A DNA stretch of 64,000 nt from a virus (Duplodnaviria > Heunggongvirae > Uroviricota > Caudoviricetes). The position numbers and the translations under genes are program-made. Positions 19,858 to 29,305 of this stretch are shown piece after piece (the stretch's first letter is position 1; the number at the start of each line of letters is the position of its first letter). Location: IMG/VR virus record IMGVR_UViG_3300028048_001599; one strand, 5' to 3'. Under the pieces are notes generated by a model. It was not told where the DNA came from. It ran no database searches and saw nothing but the letters and a program-made list of their open reading frames with translations.

Positions 19858-20920
19858 GATGGAAACATATTTACAGCATTTGAGAGGTTTAGCAAGTCGT
19901 AATGTACTTATAACAAATAGATATCCAGCTATGAAGGCTGAAAAACTGGATGACTTGTTCAAAAAATCAGTTCATCAAACAATGATAAAAGCAAGTTTGG
20001 GAGTTGACGAAACGAAGGACTTTGGTGGTGACTTGTATCTTGGGGGTAATACATTTAATGATAGTATGGTAAAACAATATATCAAGGAAATTCTTGATGA
20101 CTGTTATAGCTATCTTCAGGACATAAATGGTAAAGTTCTTTGGGACATGCCTCATATCTTTATAGCATCTTATGCACTTCAGTATAAATATGCAAGATTT
20201 CATGATAGCACTAAAGTATTAGCCGCTGGTCTTTTATTAAATTCTAAAGATATAGTTCCAACAATAGCTGCACTTTTGAAGAATAGGGGTAAGCGTATCA
20301 AACTCGGTTTTAATTACAGCACTTATGACTGTAAGAAATGCGATTATTCTAAAAAGTACATGATGTATTTAACGATTCCGAATGGTTATAATTGTTATTT
20401 ATATGAACCGCACAATATAGCACAGATTGCTTTTCTGATGACATTAGGAATGAATGTTAATGACGTTGGCAATTATATTGGTTCAAATAAAAATGGGTTA
20501 TTAATTGGTTCTATACCGCAATCTGTAGAGACATCGGTTAGTGATACGATTTTCAGAAATAGGGTATTAAAACTTGACGGTTTCTTCGGTAATCAGTTTT
20601 TAGACAGATATACTCAGGCTATTCGTAATAAGAATTTTATAGTCGAAGGGTACAATCCGTCGTTTTATTACTATGAATCAATTATCCCTACAATGTGTAA
20701 ATTGATGGATAGTGCATTCTATCAGGGGTATTTACATGATATAAACAGCAATTTAGACCTAACTGAAGAAGAATGTTTTATTAATTATATTACACCAACT
20801 TGTGTATCAGTATGTATAAGAAAAGACCTCGATGTAAACTATGTTTTACCGTCAGTCGTGAATAAATTAAGTATTGTAAATCCTGTAGTGGACTTTACAA
20901 ATGTATTGAATTACTGTTAA
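19850..20920 (+). CDS. Hypothetical protein, possibly a degenerate family A DNA polymerase-like fold
   Basis: 356 aa ORF coupled to the upstream gene; weak PolA-like motif order without catalytic Asp residues (see findings). Confidence 0.55.
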   Translation: MNEMETYLQHLRGLASRNVLITNRYPAMKAEKLDDLFKKSVHQTMIKASLGVDETKDFGGDLYLGGNTFNDSMVKQYIKEILDDCYSYLQDINGKVLWDMPHIFIASYALQYKYARFHDSTKVLAAGLLLNSKDIVPTIAALLKNRGKRIKLGFNYSTYDCKKCDYSKKYMMYLTIPNGYNCYLYEPHNIAQIAFLMTLGMNVNDVGNYIGSNKNGLLIGSIPQSVETSVSDTIFRNRVLKLDGFFGNQFLDRYTQAIRNKNFIVEGYNPSFYYYESIIPTMCKLMDSAFYQGYLHDINSNLDLTEEECFINYITPTCVSVCIRKDLDVNYVLPSVVNKLSIVNPVVDFTNVLNYC

Positions 20921-20936
20921 AGGAGGGGGCGATGGT

Positions 20937-21356
20937 GTGATAGATAAAATCAAGTTTAAAATAGATAAACAAGGAACGGCAGGGGTAAAATTAAGTACCA
21001 ACGTTCGTAGACATCATGACGGAAGTTTGCGAATTGAAACATTGGTTTTTCTCAGTTCTAACGGTATGTTACAACCTATGAAAACTCATAATAACATATT
21101 TGTTCCGACAAATGACTTGACAAAACAGGTATATTTTCAGTTTGAACAAGTGAGTTTTATAGGTAAAGCCATTATAAATATAGGTACTAATGATGAATAT
21201 TTATCTATGGCTATATCTCAGGCTAACTACCAAAATTCGGCTATATCACCTAAAGGAAATAATGACGGTGATATTCTTATAACGTGGCAACCTATTCAGG
21301 TAACAGAACAAATTGAACAATTGGTTAAGCAGTTCTGTAAAACTTTTATATATTAA
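20937..21356 (+). CDS. Hypothetical protein
   Basis: 139 aa ORF with RBS AAGGAGG. Confidence 0.7.
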   Translation: MIDKIKFKIDKQGTAGVKLSTNVRRHHDGSLRIETLVFLSSNGMLQPMKTHNNIFVPTNDLTKQVYFQFEQVSFIGKAIINIGTNDEYLSMAISQANYQNSAISPKGNNDGDILITWQPIQVTEQIEQLVKQFCKTFIY

Positions 21357-21377
21357 ACTATAGAAAGATGGGGTATT

Positions 21378-23549
21378 ATGAATTTAAAAGATTTTGCACG
21401 TATATCTGTAAGTAAAGCACAGAATAAGGGTCAGAAGACATCGGTAAATGTAAAGGCGTTTGCATTTTATGGTGCTATGGCTGTAGGTTTCGCAGGAATA
21501 TTAGGGGGTATCGTATCGGGGTGTTCTCCAGCGGTAAACCCATCAAATGTAACTAATGACAATAATGCTAATTCTTCAAAACCTGCAACATCAGCTAATC
21601 AAACAGCTAATACTGAGGATTCTAAGGCATGGGATGAATTTGATAAATATGATGAGACTGCATATAGGGAATATATTACCAATCTTATCAAGTCTTACGA
21701 TAAGGATGCATCAGCACTTGAAGTGCAGGATGTTGTTAATTTTGCTGTGCAGCTTAATTTATTTACAACTCACGCTAATGCAGATTTACAATCTAAGTCT
21801 AATTTTGATGCTGATAAGGATTTATTGATACTTTCAAACAAAGCCGAGTCAATTATGCAAAAAGGTAATTCAGACGTTAAGAAAACTATTAGTGATAAGA
21901 ATATAACAGATAACTTGATGTCATTGAGTGAACAAATGAAAGTATGTAAGGTACTCACAGCTTCTCCGATTGAACTTGTAGAGGGTGCAACTGCTACAGT
22001 TTCAGTAAAAGCTCAACCTGCTAATGCGGAGCTTAACTTGGTATATTCTGTGAATAACTCAAGTGTAGCAACGGTGTCAGATAAGGGGGTAGTCAAAGGT
22101 GTAGCAAAGGGTTCAGCAGTACTAACAATCATTGATAAGAATACCGAAGTTTCAACACAGGTCAACATTAATGTTAAGGCTAAGACAGTTAAGGTTGACT
22201 CGGAAAAGAAAACAAATGATAATACGGAAAAGAAAACAAATGATAATACGGAAAAGAAAACAAATGATAATACGGAAAAGAAAACAAATGATGCATCAAC
22301 TAAGGAATCGGTTGACACATCAAATAAATCGGAGTCAAAACCTGCGTCTAAACCGAACACTACAACTCAAACTAAACCTACGACAACAAAAACAGAAACA
22401 AAACAAGCTCCCAAAATCACAGCCACCTCAGTAACGCTTGACATCAACAATCTCAACCTCACAGCAGGTGGTAGTAGAGAGCTTAACGCTTATGTTCACT
22501 ACAGTGACGGTTCTTCAAATTACTCTGGTATCACATGGTCATCTTCAAACTCAGGTGTAGCCACAGTAGACAGTTATGGTAACGTATATGCTCATTCAGC
22601 TGGTACAGCACAGATAACAGCGTCATACGGTAGTTTCAAAGCCTCATGTTCAATCACAGTAAAAGCAGCACAGCAATCGAAACCGCAGACTCAGTACACG
22701 TCTAACAACAATAACTCTGGCGGTAACTCAGGCGGTTCAAGCAGTAACAGTAGCAATAACGGTTCATCCAACAATGGTGGTTCAAGCAACAACAGTAACA
22801 ACAACGGTGGTTCATCCAACAATGGGGGTTCTAGCAACAATGGTGGTAGCACAACTAAGAAGCAGACCAACAACTCCGGTGGCAACTCAGGCGGAAGCTC
22901 AACCACCAAGAAGCAAACCAACAACGGCGGTAATAGTGGTGGCAACACCCAAACCAAGAAACAGCAGACAACATCGAAGAAATCAAACGACAACAGTCCA
23001 GTAGTAACAGAGGAATGGTTAAAAGCCAACTGTACAGCGGTCAAGACAAAGTTTGGAATAACAGTCTACGAAATACCACAGTTAGTCAACTATGTAAACG
23101 AGGAGCGAGTAAAGAACGGGGTAAACACCGTAACCTGGCGTCCCGATGTAAACAGAAACTATAATGATTTTATAAATTTTTTGAAACAAGAGAAGGCAGA
23201 CGCAGGTAATCCAGCTTTTTATCCTTATCTACAGCAAAATTACCCAGGTGCTTTTGATGATAATGGTAATATAATTTTAACAGAAGAAACATTTAACAAG
23301 AAGTTCAAACGAACAACAAATGAATTAGCAAACGAAACAGCCTACATTGCCACTCACGGCATCGGTCATGAATACGGTCGTGCTACGGTAAATGCTTCTT
23401 ATAATGAGGAAACAACCGTTAGGGAACTTGTAACTATATTGAAAGAGAGTGAAGCCCATTATTGGTGTTTGTGTGAGTCCACATCAATAGATCAATTATA
23501 TGCATGTATAGTAGATTATGGTGGTACATTATTTCTATCAGTGATATAA
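21378..23549 (+). CDS. Surface lipoprotein with two Ig-like (Big_2-type) domains, low-complexity linkers and a divergent CAP/SCP-like C-terminus
   Basis: Hydrophobic segment ending VSGC; WSSSNSGVATVDSYGNV..SAGTAQITA Ig motif; VNEERVKNG..W and SEAHY CAP-like motifs. Confidence 0.75.
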   Translation: MNLKDFARISVSKAQNKGQKTSVNVKAFAFYGAMAVGFAGILGGIVSGCSPAVNPSNVTNDNNANSSKPATSANQTANTEDSKAWDEFDKYDETAYREYITNLIKSYDKDASALEVQDVVNFAVQLNLFTTHANADLQSKSNFDADKDLLILSNKAESIMQKGNSDVKKTISDKNITDNLMSLSEQMKVCKVLTASPIELVEGATATVSVKAQPANAELNLVYSVNNSSVATVSDKGVVKGVAKGSAVLTIIDKNTEVSTQVNINVKAKTVKVDSEKKTNDNTEKKTNDNTEKKTNDNTEKKTNDASTKESVDTSNKSESKPASKPNTTTQTKPTTTKTETKQAPKITATSVTLDINNLNLTAGGSRELNAYVHYSDGSSNYSGITWSSSNSGVATVDSYGNVYAHSAGTAQITASYGSFKASCSITVKAAQQSKPQTQYTSNNNNSGGNSGGSSSNSSNNGSSNNGGSSNNSNNNGGSSNNGGSSNNGGSTTKKQTNNSGGNSGGSSTTKKQTNNGGNSGGNTQTKKQQTTSKKSNDNSPVVTEEWLKANCTAVKTKFGITVYEIPQLVNYVNEERVKNGVNTVTWRPDVNRNYNDFINFLKQEKADAGNPAFYPYLQQNYPGAFDDNGNIILTEETFNKKFKRTTNELANETAYIATHGIGHEYGRATVNASYNEETTVRELVTILKESEAHYWCLCESTSIDQLYACIVDYGGTLFLSVI
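22201..22292 (+). repeat. 24-bp coding tandem repeat, ~3.8 copies (EKKTNDNT)
   Basis: CGGAAAAGAAAACAAATGATAATA at 22201, 22225, 22249 and partial at 22273. Confidence 0.95.
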
Positions 23550-23788
23550 AACTTTGGGGTATTTTCTATAGCTTTATAATCAAGATATGATGTTCAAGTT
23601 TTTTATTGGGATGAAATTTCAGAATAAAGAATATGATTATCGAAGCTGTGCTATTTTTATTGGTACAGCTTCTTAATTTTTTGTACTTTTTTATATAATA
23701 GATATAAGGAAAGTCCATATCAAGAGGGGTAATCCGTCCTTGATATAGGCTTTTTGAAAGAAAGTACTGACAATTAATCATTATGTGT

Positions 23789-23820
23789 GCAGTCTAAGCT
23801 GCAGTAACAGTTTAGACTGC
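23789..23820. terminator. Stem-loop, probable terminator between convergent units
   Basis: GCAGTCTAAGCTG/CAGTTTAGACTGC inverted repeat just past the 23827 stop. Confidence 0.55.
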
Positions 23821-23826
23821 GATTGA

Positions 23827-24054
23827 TTAAAGTTGCAAAACAGCTACTACAGATAAAATAAGAGCATACAAAATACATAAGCCAATTTTTACTTTGAGTC
23901 TTTTGTATACACTGCACCATTCACCTGTAAGTTCAGCTACCTGCATTTCATCATGTGTATCTCTTGCATCAGCTAATTTAAGGGACGTGCATATTAGCGA
24001 CACAAGCACATAAATCATTCCGATCAATGCACCACATAATAGGTTATAAAACAT
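23827..24054 (-). CDS. Small two-TM membrane protein
   Basis: RBS AAAGGAG before MFYNLL; two hydrophobic helices; promoter upstream. Confidence 0.7.
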   Translation of the reverse strand: MFYNLLCGALIGMIYVLVSLICTSLKLADARDTHDEMQVAELTGEWCSVYKRLKVKIGLCILYALILSVVAVLQL

Positions 24055-24075
24055 GGTCAGCACTCCTTTCTTTAG

Positions 24076-24135
24076 AATACACCTGCTGCAAACAAGTGTA
24101 TTTTTATTATAATATATTTTACTTATTTCGTCAAA
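24076..24135 (-). promoter_or_regulatory. Promoter plus leader hairpin, copy 1
   Basis: Minus strand TTGACG-17-TATAAT, then hairpin AATACACTTG-TTTGCAG-CAGGTGTATT; second copy at 26989-27046. Confidence 0.7.
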
Positions 24136-24192
24136 TTTCATTAGGCAAAAGCGCACGAGAAATTTCGTGCGCATGTTTACATTTTAATATCT

Positions 24193-24287
24193 AAATATGT
24201 TTCAAAACCAGTATCAAAACTTCCTATTACATAGAAAAATAAAACAGTACATTGAATTATAATATTTATAAAAGGTAGTTATACAGA
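24193..24287 (+). repeat. 95-bp direct repeat, copy 1
   Basis: About 91/95 identical to 28774-28868 by manual alignment. Confidence 0.9.
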
Positions 24288-24363
24288 GGTGATAATAAAA
24301 TTGAGTGGTTTATCAAAATATGATGATACTGTATTACTTGATATAGTAAATTTTGGTGCAGAA

Positions 24364-24597
24364 TTAGAAAGGATAAAATATGATGAGTATAAATATATAG
24401 ATTATTAGGGCTATTATACTTATGACTATGCGTTTTTTGTAAATCTTCTCAAAGGACTCTATATCAAGTGATTTTGTTGATTTCTTTATCATATAGATAC
24501 TTTTGATTATAAAAGCAATAGTTATGACAATTAAAGGTATCATTAGTAAAGATAATATTCCTGTAAAAATATTTATTACAAATGAAGGTATATACAT
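24364..24597 (-). CDS. Small two-TM membrane protein
   Basis: RBS AAGGAG; two hydrophobic helices with a basic linker. Confidence 0.7.
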   Translation of the reverse strand: MYIPSFVINIFTGILSLLMIPLIVITIAFIIKSIYMIKKSTKSLDIESFEKIYKKRIVISIIALIIYIFILIIFYPF

Positions 24598-24624
24598 AAA
24601 AATTCTCCTTGCGTATATAATAGG

Positions 24625-24876
24625 GTGGTGACAGTTATGTTAAAAAAGATGATACAATCAGACAAATTATTTAACAAATTAGTAAGGTATATAACAATAT
24701 TTTTAATACCACTATATTTGGTATTATTTATAACTGGTATTGTAGCTTTATACTATTGTAGAACTATAAATGAATATTTATTTTTCATATTACCATTATT
24801 TGTTGTAACATTGAGTATGATAGGATTACTTATATACAATAGAAAGTATAGCATAAATAAATATAAAAAGCAATAA
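24625..24876 (+). CDS. Small two-TM membrane protein
   Basis: Two hydrophobic helices; likely start ATG 24637. Confidence 0.6.
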   Translation: MVTVMLKKMIQSDKLFNKLVRYITIFLIPLYLVLFITGIVALYYCRTINEYLFFILPLFVVTLSMIGLLIYNRKYSINKYKKQ

Positions 24877-24995
24877 ATTTAGAAACTAATACATTTGTAG
24901 TTCGCATAAAAGGGGTATTATGGCCTTAGCATTATTGATTACATTATTGATAGTATTAATACATAGAATAAAAAAGAGCTATTTTTAACCTAAAT

Positions 24996-26318
24996 GGGCA
25001 AGAAGTCCTCCACCTCTTAGGTGGAGGGATGAGTTGCTCGTCAGCCGCAAGGCTGACTTTTAGTTGACTTATGATTCCGTTTATGTTATCTTTGAGATAA
25101 AGAGGTGAGAGCAACATGAACAAAGCCTACAAATTCAGGATATACCCTAATGAAGAACAAAGAATACTGATAGCAAAGACATTTGGTTGTGTCAGATTTA
25201 TCTACAATAAGATGTTGGGTGACAAGATAGAATACTATCATCAGACACAGAAAAAACTGAATAATACTCCTGCACAGTATAAAACCGAATTTGAGTGGCT
25301 GAAAGAAGTAGATAGTCTTGCCCTTGCCAATGCGCAGATGAATTTGCAGGATGCATATAATAACTTTTTCCGAGATAAGAAAGTGGGTTTCCCTAAGTTC
25401 AAATCAAAAAAAGGCAGTAAAAGAAGTTATACAACTAATTGGGTAAATGGTAATATCATTGTTCGGGATGGTATGATAAGACTTCCGAAATTAGGTTTTG
25501 TCAAAATGAAACAACACAGAAACATACCCGATGATTACAAACTGAAATCTGTTACTGTAAGTCAGAACGCAGGCGGTAAATATTTCGCAAGTATTCTTTT
25601 TGAGTATGAAGAAGAAATCACAGAGAAAAAACTTGAAAGTTTTATCGGTCTGGATTTTTCTATGCACGAATTGTATGTTGACAGCAACGGTAATTGTCCA
25701 CAGTTTCCGAGATATTACAGATTATCCGAAAAGAAACTCAAAAAAGAACAAAGAAAGCTGTCGAAAATGGTGAAAGGTTCAAGAAACAGAGAAAAACAGC
25801 GTATCAAAGTTGCTAAACTGCATGAAAAGGTTGCCAACCAAAGAAAGGATTTTCTGCACAAGCAGTCAAGACAGATAGCCAATGTTTATGATTGTGTGTA
25901 TATTGAAAATCTGAATATGCGGGCTATGGCACAGTCACTGAATTTCGGTAAATCCGTTTCGGACAACGGTTGGGGAATGTTTACGGCATTTCTGAAATAC
26001 AAGTTAGAGGAACTCGGAAAAAGACTTGTAAAAATAGATAAGTTTTTTGCAAGTTCACAGATTTGCAGCGTATGCGGATATCAAAATCCCGATACAAAAA
26101 ATTTGTCTGTCAGAGAATGGATTTGTCCTTACTGTCAAACAAATCATAACAGAGATATAAACGCTGCTATAAACATACGAAATGAAGGTATGAGAATAGT
26201 ATTAGCGTAAAAAACAAAACAAGAACCGTGGGACACACGGGGTTAGCTCGTTGATACTGTATGGGTTACCATACTTGAGCGAGAAGCCCACACCTCTATA
26301 GGTGGGGGAGTATGTCAC
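24996..26318 (+). mobile_element. Non-autonomous IS200/IS605-family element (tnpB only, IS1341-like)
   Basis: Left-end hairpin CCTCCACCT-CTT-AGGTGGAGG (25007-25027); related right-end hairpin CACCT-CTAT-AGGTG followed by ...GTATGTCAC (ends 26318); internal promoter TTGACT-17-TATCTT; no tnpA; left boundary after TAAAT is inferred. Confidence 0.85.
25116..26210 (+). CDS. tnpB: RNA-guided endonuclease TnpB (IS200/IS605 family)
   Basis: MNKAYKFRIYP N-terminus; RuvC GLDFS / IENL / NRDINAAINI; CxxC..CxxC zinc finger. Confidence 0.95.
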   Translation: MNKAYKFRIYPNEEQRILIAKTFGCVRFIYNKMLGDKIEYYHQTQKKLNNTPAQYKTEFEWLKEVDSLALANAQMNLQDAYNNFFRDKKVGFPKFKSKKGSKRSYTTNWVNGNIIVRDGMIRLPKLGFVKMKQHRNIPDDYKLKSVTVSQNAGGKYFASILFEYEEEITEKKLESFIGLDFSMHELYVDSNGNCPQFPRYYRLSEKKLKKEQRKLSKMVKGSRNREKQRIKVAKLHEKVANQRKDFLHKQSRQIANVYDCVYIENLNMRAMAQSLNFGKSVSDNGWGMFTAFLKYKLEELGKRLVKIDKFFASSQICSVCGYQNPDTKNLSVREWICPYCQTNHNRDINAAINIRNEGMRIVLA

Positions 26319-26338
26319 TTCAAATGACATCGACAGAT
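26211..26338 (+). ncRNA. TnpB omegaRNA (reRNA): scaffold to 26318 plus flanking guide
   Basis: ACCGTGGGACACACGG stem, GCTCG..CGAG pairing, terminal hairpin and TCAC end; predicted guide TTCAAATGACATCGACAGAT. Confidence 0.7.
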
Positions 26339-26543
26339 CAACTCCTTAGGTGGCGATATTATGTTTATTAGAAGGTTTAGAGATTGGATAAAAGTTCAGA
26401 AGGTAAGAAAGCGCCATTATCATTAAGAATAATAGGTACAATTTTATGTATAATACAGTGATGTAAGTAGTTTGAGGGCATTCTTTTCTAAGTAATTTTC
26501 ATAAATCATGATTATCAGTATATATTTCATTGGGGGTGTAATA

Positions 26544-26867
26544 ATGAAGGAGTTTATAATGAAGCATTTAAATAGTATAGCAGACAAACTTATATTATTT
26601 TGTGAACATTGTGAATCAAGAGATAAAGCAAGGTCAGAATCCAAAACAAGAGCATGGTGTAGACAGCATAGAATTGGGGTAGTTATTGCATTACAATTGT
26701 TTAAACTCTGCATACTTATAAGCTGCATAGACATATTATTTTTACCGATTTCTTTTAGTATAAGACTTATAATATTATCATTTTACGGAATACTGGGAAT
26801 ATATGCAGCATACAGAGCAGAGAATGTAATAAACGATGTGAAAAACATAAAAACGAATAGGAAATAA
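26544..26867 (+). CDS. Small two-TM membrane protein
   Basis: RBS GGGGG before MKEFIMK; two C-terminal hydrophobic helices. Confidence 0.6.
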   Translation: MKEFIMKHLNSIADKLILFCEHCESRDKARSESKTRAWCRQHRIGVVIALQLFKLCILISCIDILFLPISFSIRLIILSFYGILGIYAAYRAENVINDVKNIKTNRK

Positions 26868-26892
26868 AGTCAAGAATTGAGGTGAATTAGGT

Positions 26893-27033
26893 ATGATAAG
26901 GAAGCTATTAAAAAGCATTATTGGTTTACTTACGCCATTTACATTATTACTTGTATCATTTATAGGGCTGAGAGTAGTATATAATAAAAATACTCCTGCT
27001 GCATACAGGTGTATTTATTATACTAGATTTTAA
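26893..27033 (+). CDS. 46-aa single-TM peptide (not in the ORF track)
   Basis: RBS GAGGTG; MIRKLLKSIIGLLTPFTLLLVSFIGLRVVYNKNTPAAYRCIYYTRF; overlaps an antisense promoter. Confidence 0.4.
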   Translation: MIRKLLKSIIGLLTPFTLLLVSFIGLRVVYNKNTPAAYRCIYYTRF

Positions 27034-27046
27034 TGATTTTGTCAAA
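26989..27046 (-). promoter_or_regulatory. Promoter plus leader hairpin, copy 2
   Basis: Minus strand TTGACA-17-TATAAT, then AATACACCTG-TATGCAG-CAGGAGTATT and a T-run. Confidence 0.7.
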
Positions 27047-27061
27047 AGAGGTGTATAAATA

Positions 27062-28405
27062 ATGAAAAAGAACAACTTAATCGGGGTACTGACGATAGGT
27101 ATACTTGTAGTGGGTATAGCAGCCTGTGCTATTAGCAACCCCCCCTCAACTCCTAATGAAACTGACTCATCAATTTCATTAAGCAAAGACGAGGATGTCA
27201 GTGACACTGACACCAAAAGTTCCGAGGTTGACAAAGATATTGTTATAGAACAGCCAAAATCTAAAGAGTCATCAAAACAAGAATCATCGTCTAAGGAAGA
27301 ATCGAAACAAGAATCGTCTAAGGAAGAATCGTCTAAGGAAGAATCGAAACAAGAGTCATCTAAGCAAGAGTCTAAGACAGAGGTTAAAGAATATAAAACA
27401 TATAGTTATGATACTCTTGCACGTAACCCTGATAAATACAGCGGGGAGCATATCAAGTTATATGGTGAAGTAATTCAAGTACAGGAATCGGATTCTTGGT
27501 TCAGTGATGACACAAGTGTAGAATTACGTGTTGATATGACACCTACAAAGAGTAGCTATGCAAAAAGTGGGTTCAATTGGGATGACACTGTATATGTAAA
27601 ATATACTTATAAATCTGACGAGGATAAGATACTTGAAGACGACATAGTAGAAATTAGGGGTACTATATATGGTTCCTACTCATACACATCAGTATTAGGT
27701 AATTCAATAACACTACCACGTATTGATGCTGACTCCGTAAGAGTAATAACTGACTATTCAAATATTCCATTTACAACAAGTAATGGTGAAACCGTAAAAG
27801 AGTCAGATGTAAAATATGAAATAATTGACCAATATTTTAACACATATAATAGTTCTTACAGTGACTCATTATATTATTCAGGGTGGGTAGCCATTAAGAA
27901 TACTGGTAAAGTTGATATTTACATAGATGATTGCACATTTGACATTGAGGACACTAATGGTAGTCTGATTTTAAATGATTCTTATACTCGCAAGTGTCCT
28001 AATGTAATAAAAGCAGGGCAAGTAGGTTACTGTTATAGTTATAATGACTTACCCGAAGAAGCCAAAGGTAAATCATTATGGTTAAACCCTAACGTGAAAG
28101 TTGAGCTAATAACAAAGGATGTTAAATATCATACTGTTTCAGATGAAAAGATAACAAGTAGTACTTACAGCAGAGAAATAGTTGGAAGAGTGACGAATAG
28201 TTCTTCTGAAGAGGAAGACATTTACATAGACTATCAGCTATTTGATACAAATGGTAGATTTTTGTGGGGTGGTCAGGTGTCTGTTTATGACGTAGCTGCA
28301 AATAACACACAAAGTTTTTCAGAGAGGATATCCTTGCCTGCTGATTTAGATAAAAAGCAAATAGGTTCGTTTAAGTGTATAGCGATGACCAACTATTACC
28401 AGTGA
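27062..28405 (+). CDS. Lipoprotein with SKEES repeats, OB-fold-like domain and C-terminal FxLYD-like domain
   Basis: Signal peptide ending IAAC; LARNPDKYSG..GEVIQVQ OB-like segment; GRVTN...YQLFDTNG. Confidence 0.75.
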   Translation: MKKNNLIGVLTIGILVVGIAACAISNPPSTPNETDSSISLSKDEDVSDTDTKSSEVDKDIVIEQPKSKESSKQESSSKEESKQESSKEESSKEESKQESSKQESKTEVKEYKTYSYDTLARNPDKYSGEHIKLYGEVIQVQESDSWFSDDTSVELRVDMTPTKSSYAKSGFNWDDTVYVKYTYKSDEDKILEDDIVEIRGTIYGSYSYTSVLGNSITLPRIDADSVRVITDYSNIPFTTSNGETVKESDVKYEIIDQYFNTYNSSYSDSLYYSGWVAIKNTGKVDIYIDDCTFDIEDTNGSLILNDSYTRKCPNVIKAGQVGYCYSYNDLPEEAKGKSLWLNPNVKVELITKDVKYHTVSDEKITSSTYSREIVGRVTNSSSEEEDIYIDYQLFDTNGRFLWGGQVSVYDVAANNTQSFSERISLPADLDKKQIGSFKCIAMTNYYQ

Positions 28406-28470
28406 TTAGTAAACTTATTTTTATGTATGTATGCATAGAGATAATCAATCCTTTCTGGAGGTGAATAATA

Positions 28471-28719
28471 ATGCTATTAAATAAAATATTAAACGACAGT
28501 AAGCATATGGCAGGTAAAAAAGTACCCTTGTTATGTAGGATATTTTCATTACTTGTTCTATTATTAGAATCTTTTGATTTACTTTGCTATATGATTAATG
28601 TTAGATTTATATGGATGGCTGAAATGCAAAACATTAGTATTGCGATTTTTATATATTTGATGTTAGTATATTCTACATTTGTTTTCATATTTATACCATT
28701 GCCGAAGTATAATTGTTAG
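28471..28719 (+). CDS. Small two-TM membrane protein
   Basis: RBS GGAGGTG; two hydrophobic helices. Confidence 0.65.
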   Translation: MLLNKILNDSKHMAGKKVPLLCRIFSLLVLLLESFDLLCYMINVRFIWMAEMQNISIAIFIYLMLVYSTFVFIFIPLPKYNC

Positions 28720-28773
28720 TTATAATGTGAGTTTTTTTATATATATTATTACAGAGAATAAATAAGGCTACTA

Positions 28774-28868
28774 AAATATGTTTCAAAACCAGTATCAAAA
28801 CTTCCTATTACATATAAAAATAAAACAATACATTGAATTATAATATTTATAAAATGTAGTAATACAGA
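28774..28868 (+). repeat. 95-bp direct repeat, copy 2
   Basis: Near-identical to 24193-24287. Confidence 0.9.
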
Positions 28869-29305
28869 AGTTAAAATTATAAATTAAATAAGACTATAAT
28901 AGATGCTATGTATAATAAAATACATATTGAGCAAGTAATTAACCTTCGTTTATAAAATTGTCTATCTTCATTTGAGAATACTGTTATATAAGATTTAAGA
29001 TTTTTTATAAATATTACTATACTTAATGTACTGGTGATTTATTTGTAGTATTACCATTAATAGTAATAACATATGGGGTAGTAGGCTTATTATATTATAG
29101 TAGACATAAAACATATGGGGATAAAAAATAACTACTTTGAGGTGATATTTATGAATGTAAGAAAAGCGATAGATATAGTCAAGGCATTATACAAGTTCGG
29201 GGTAATACCGATGACATTGTTTATATTAGGGATATCACCATTTTCCGATTGTAGCATTGTTTAATTGTAGTATTGAGGACTTAATAGGGGAAATGAGGTA
29301 ATACT

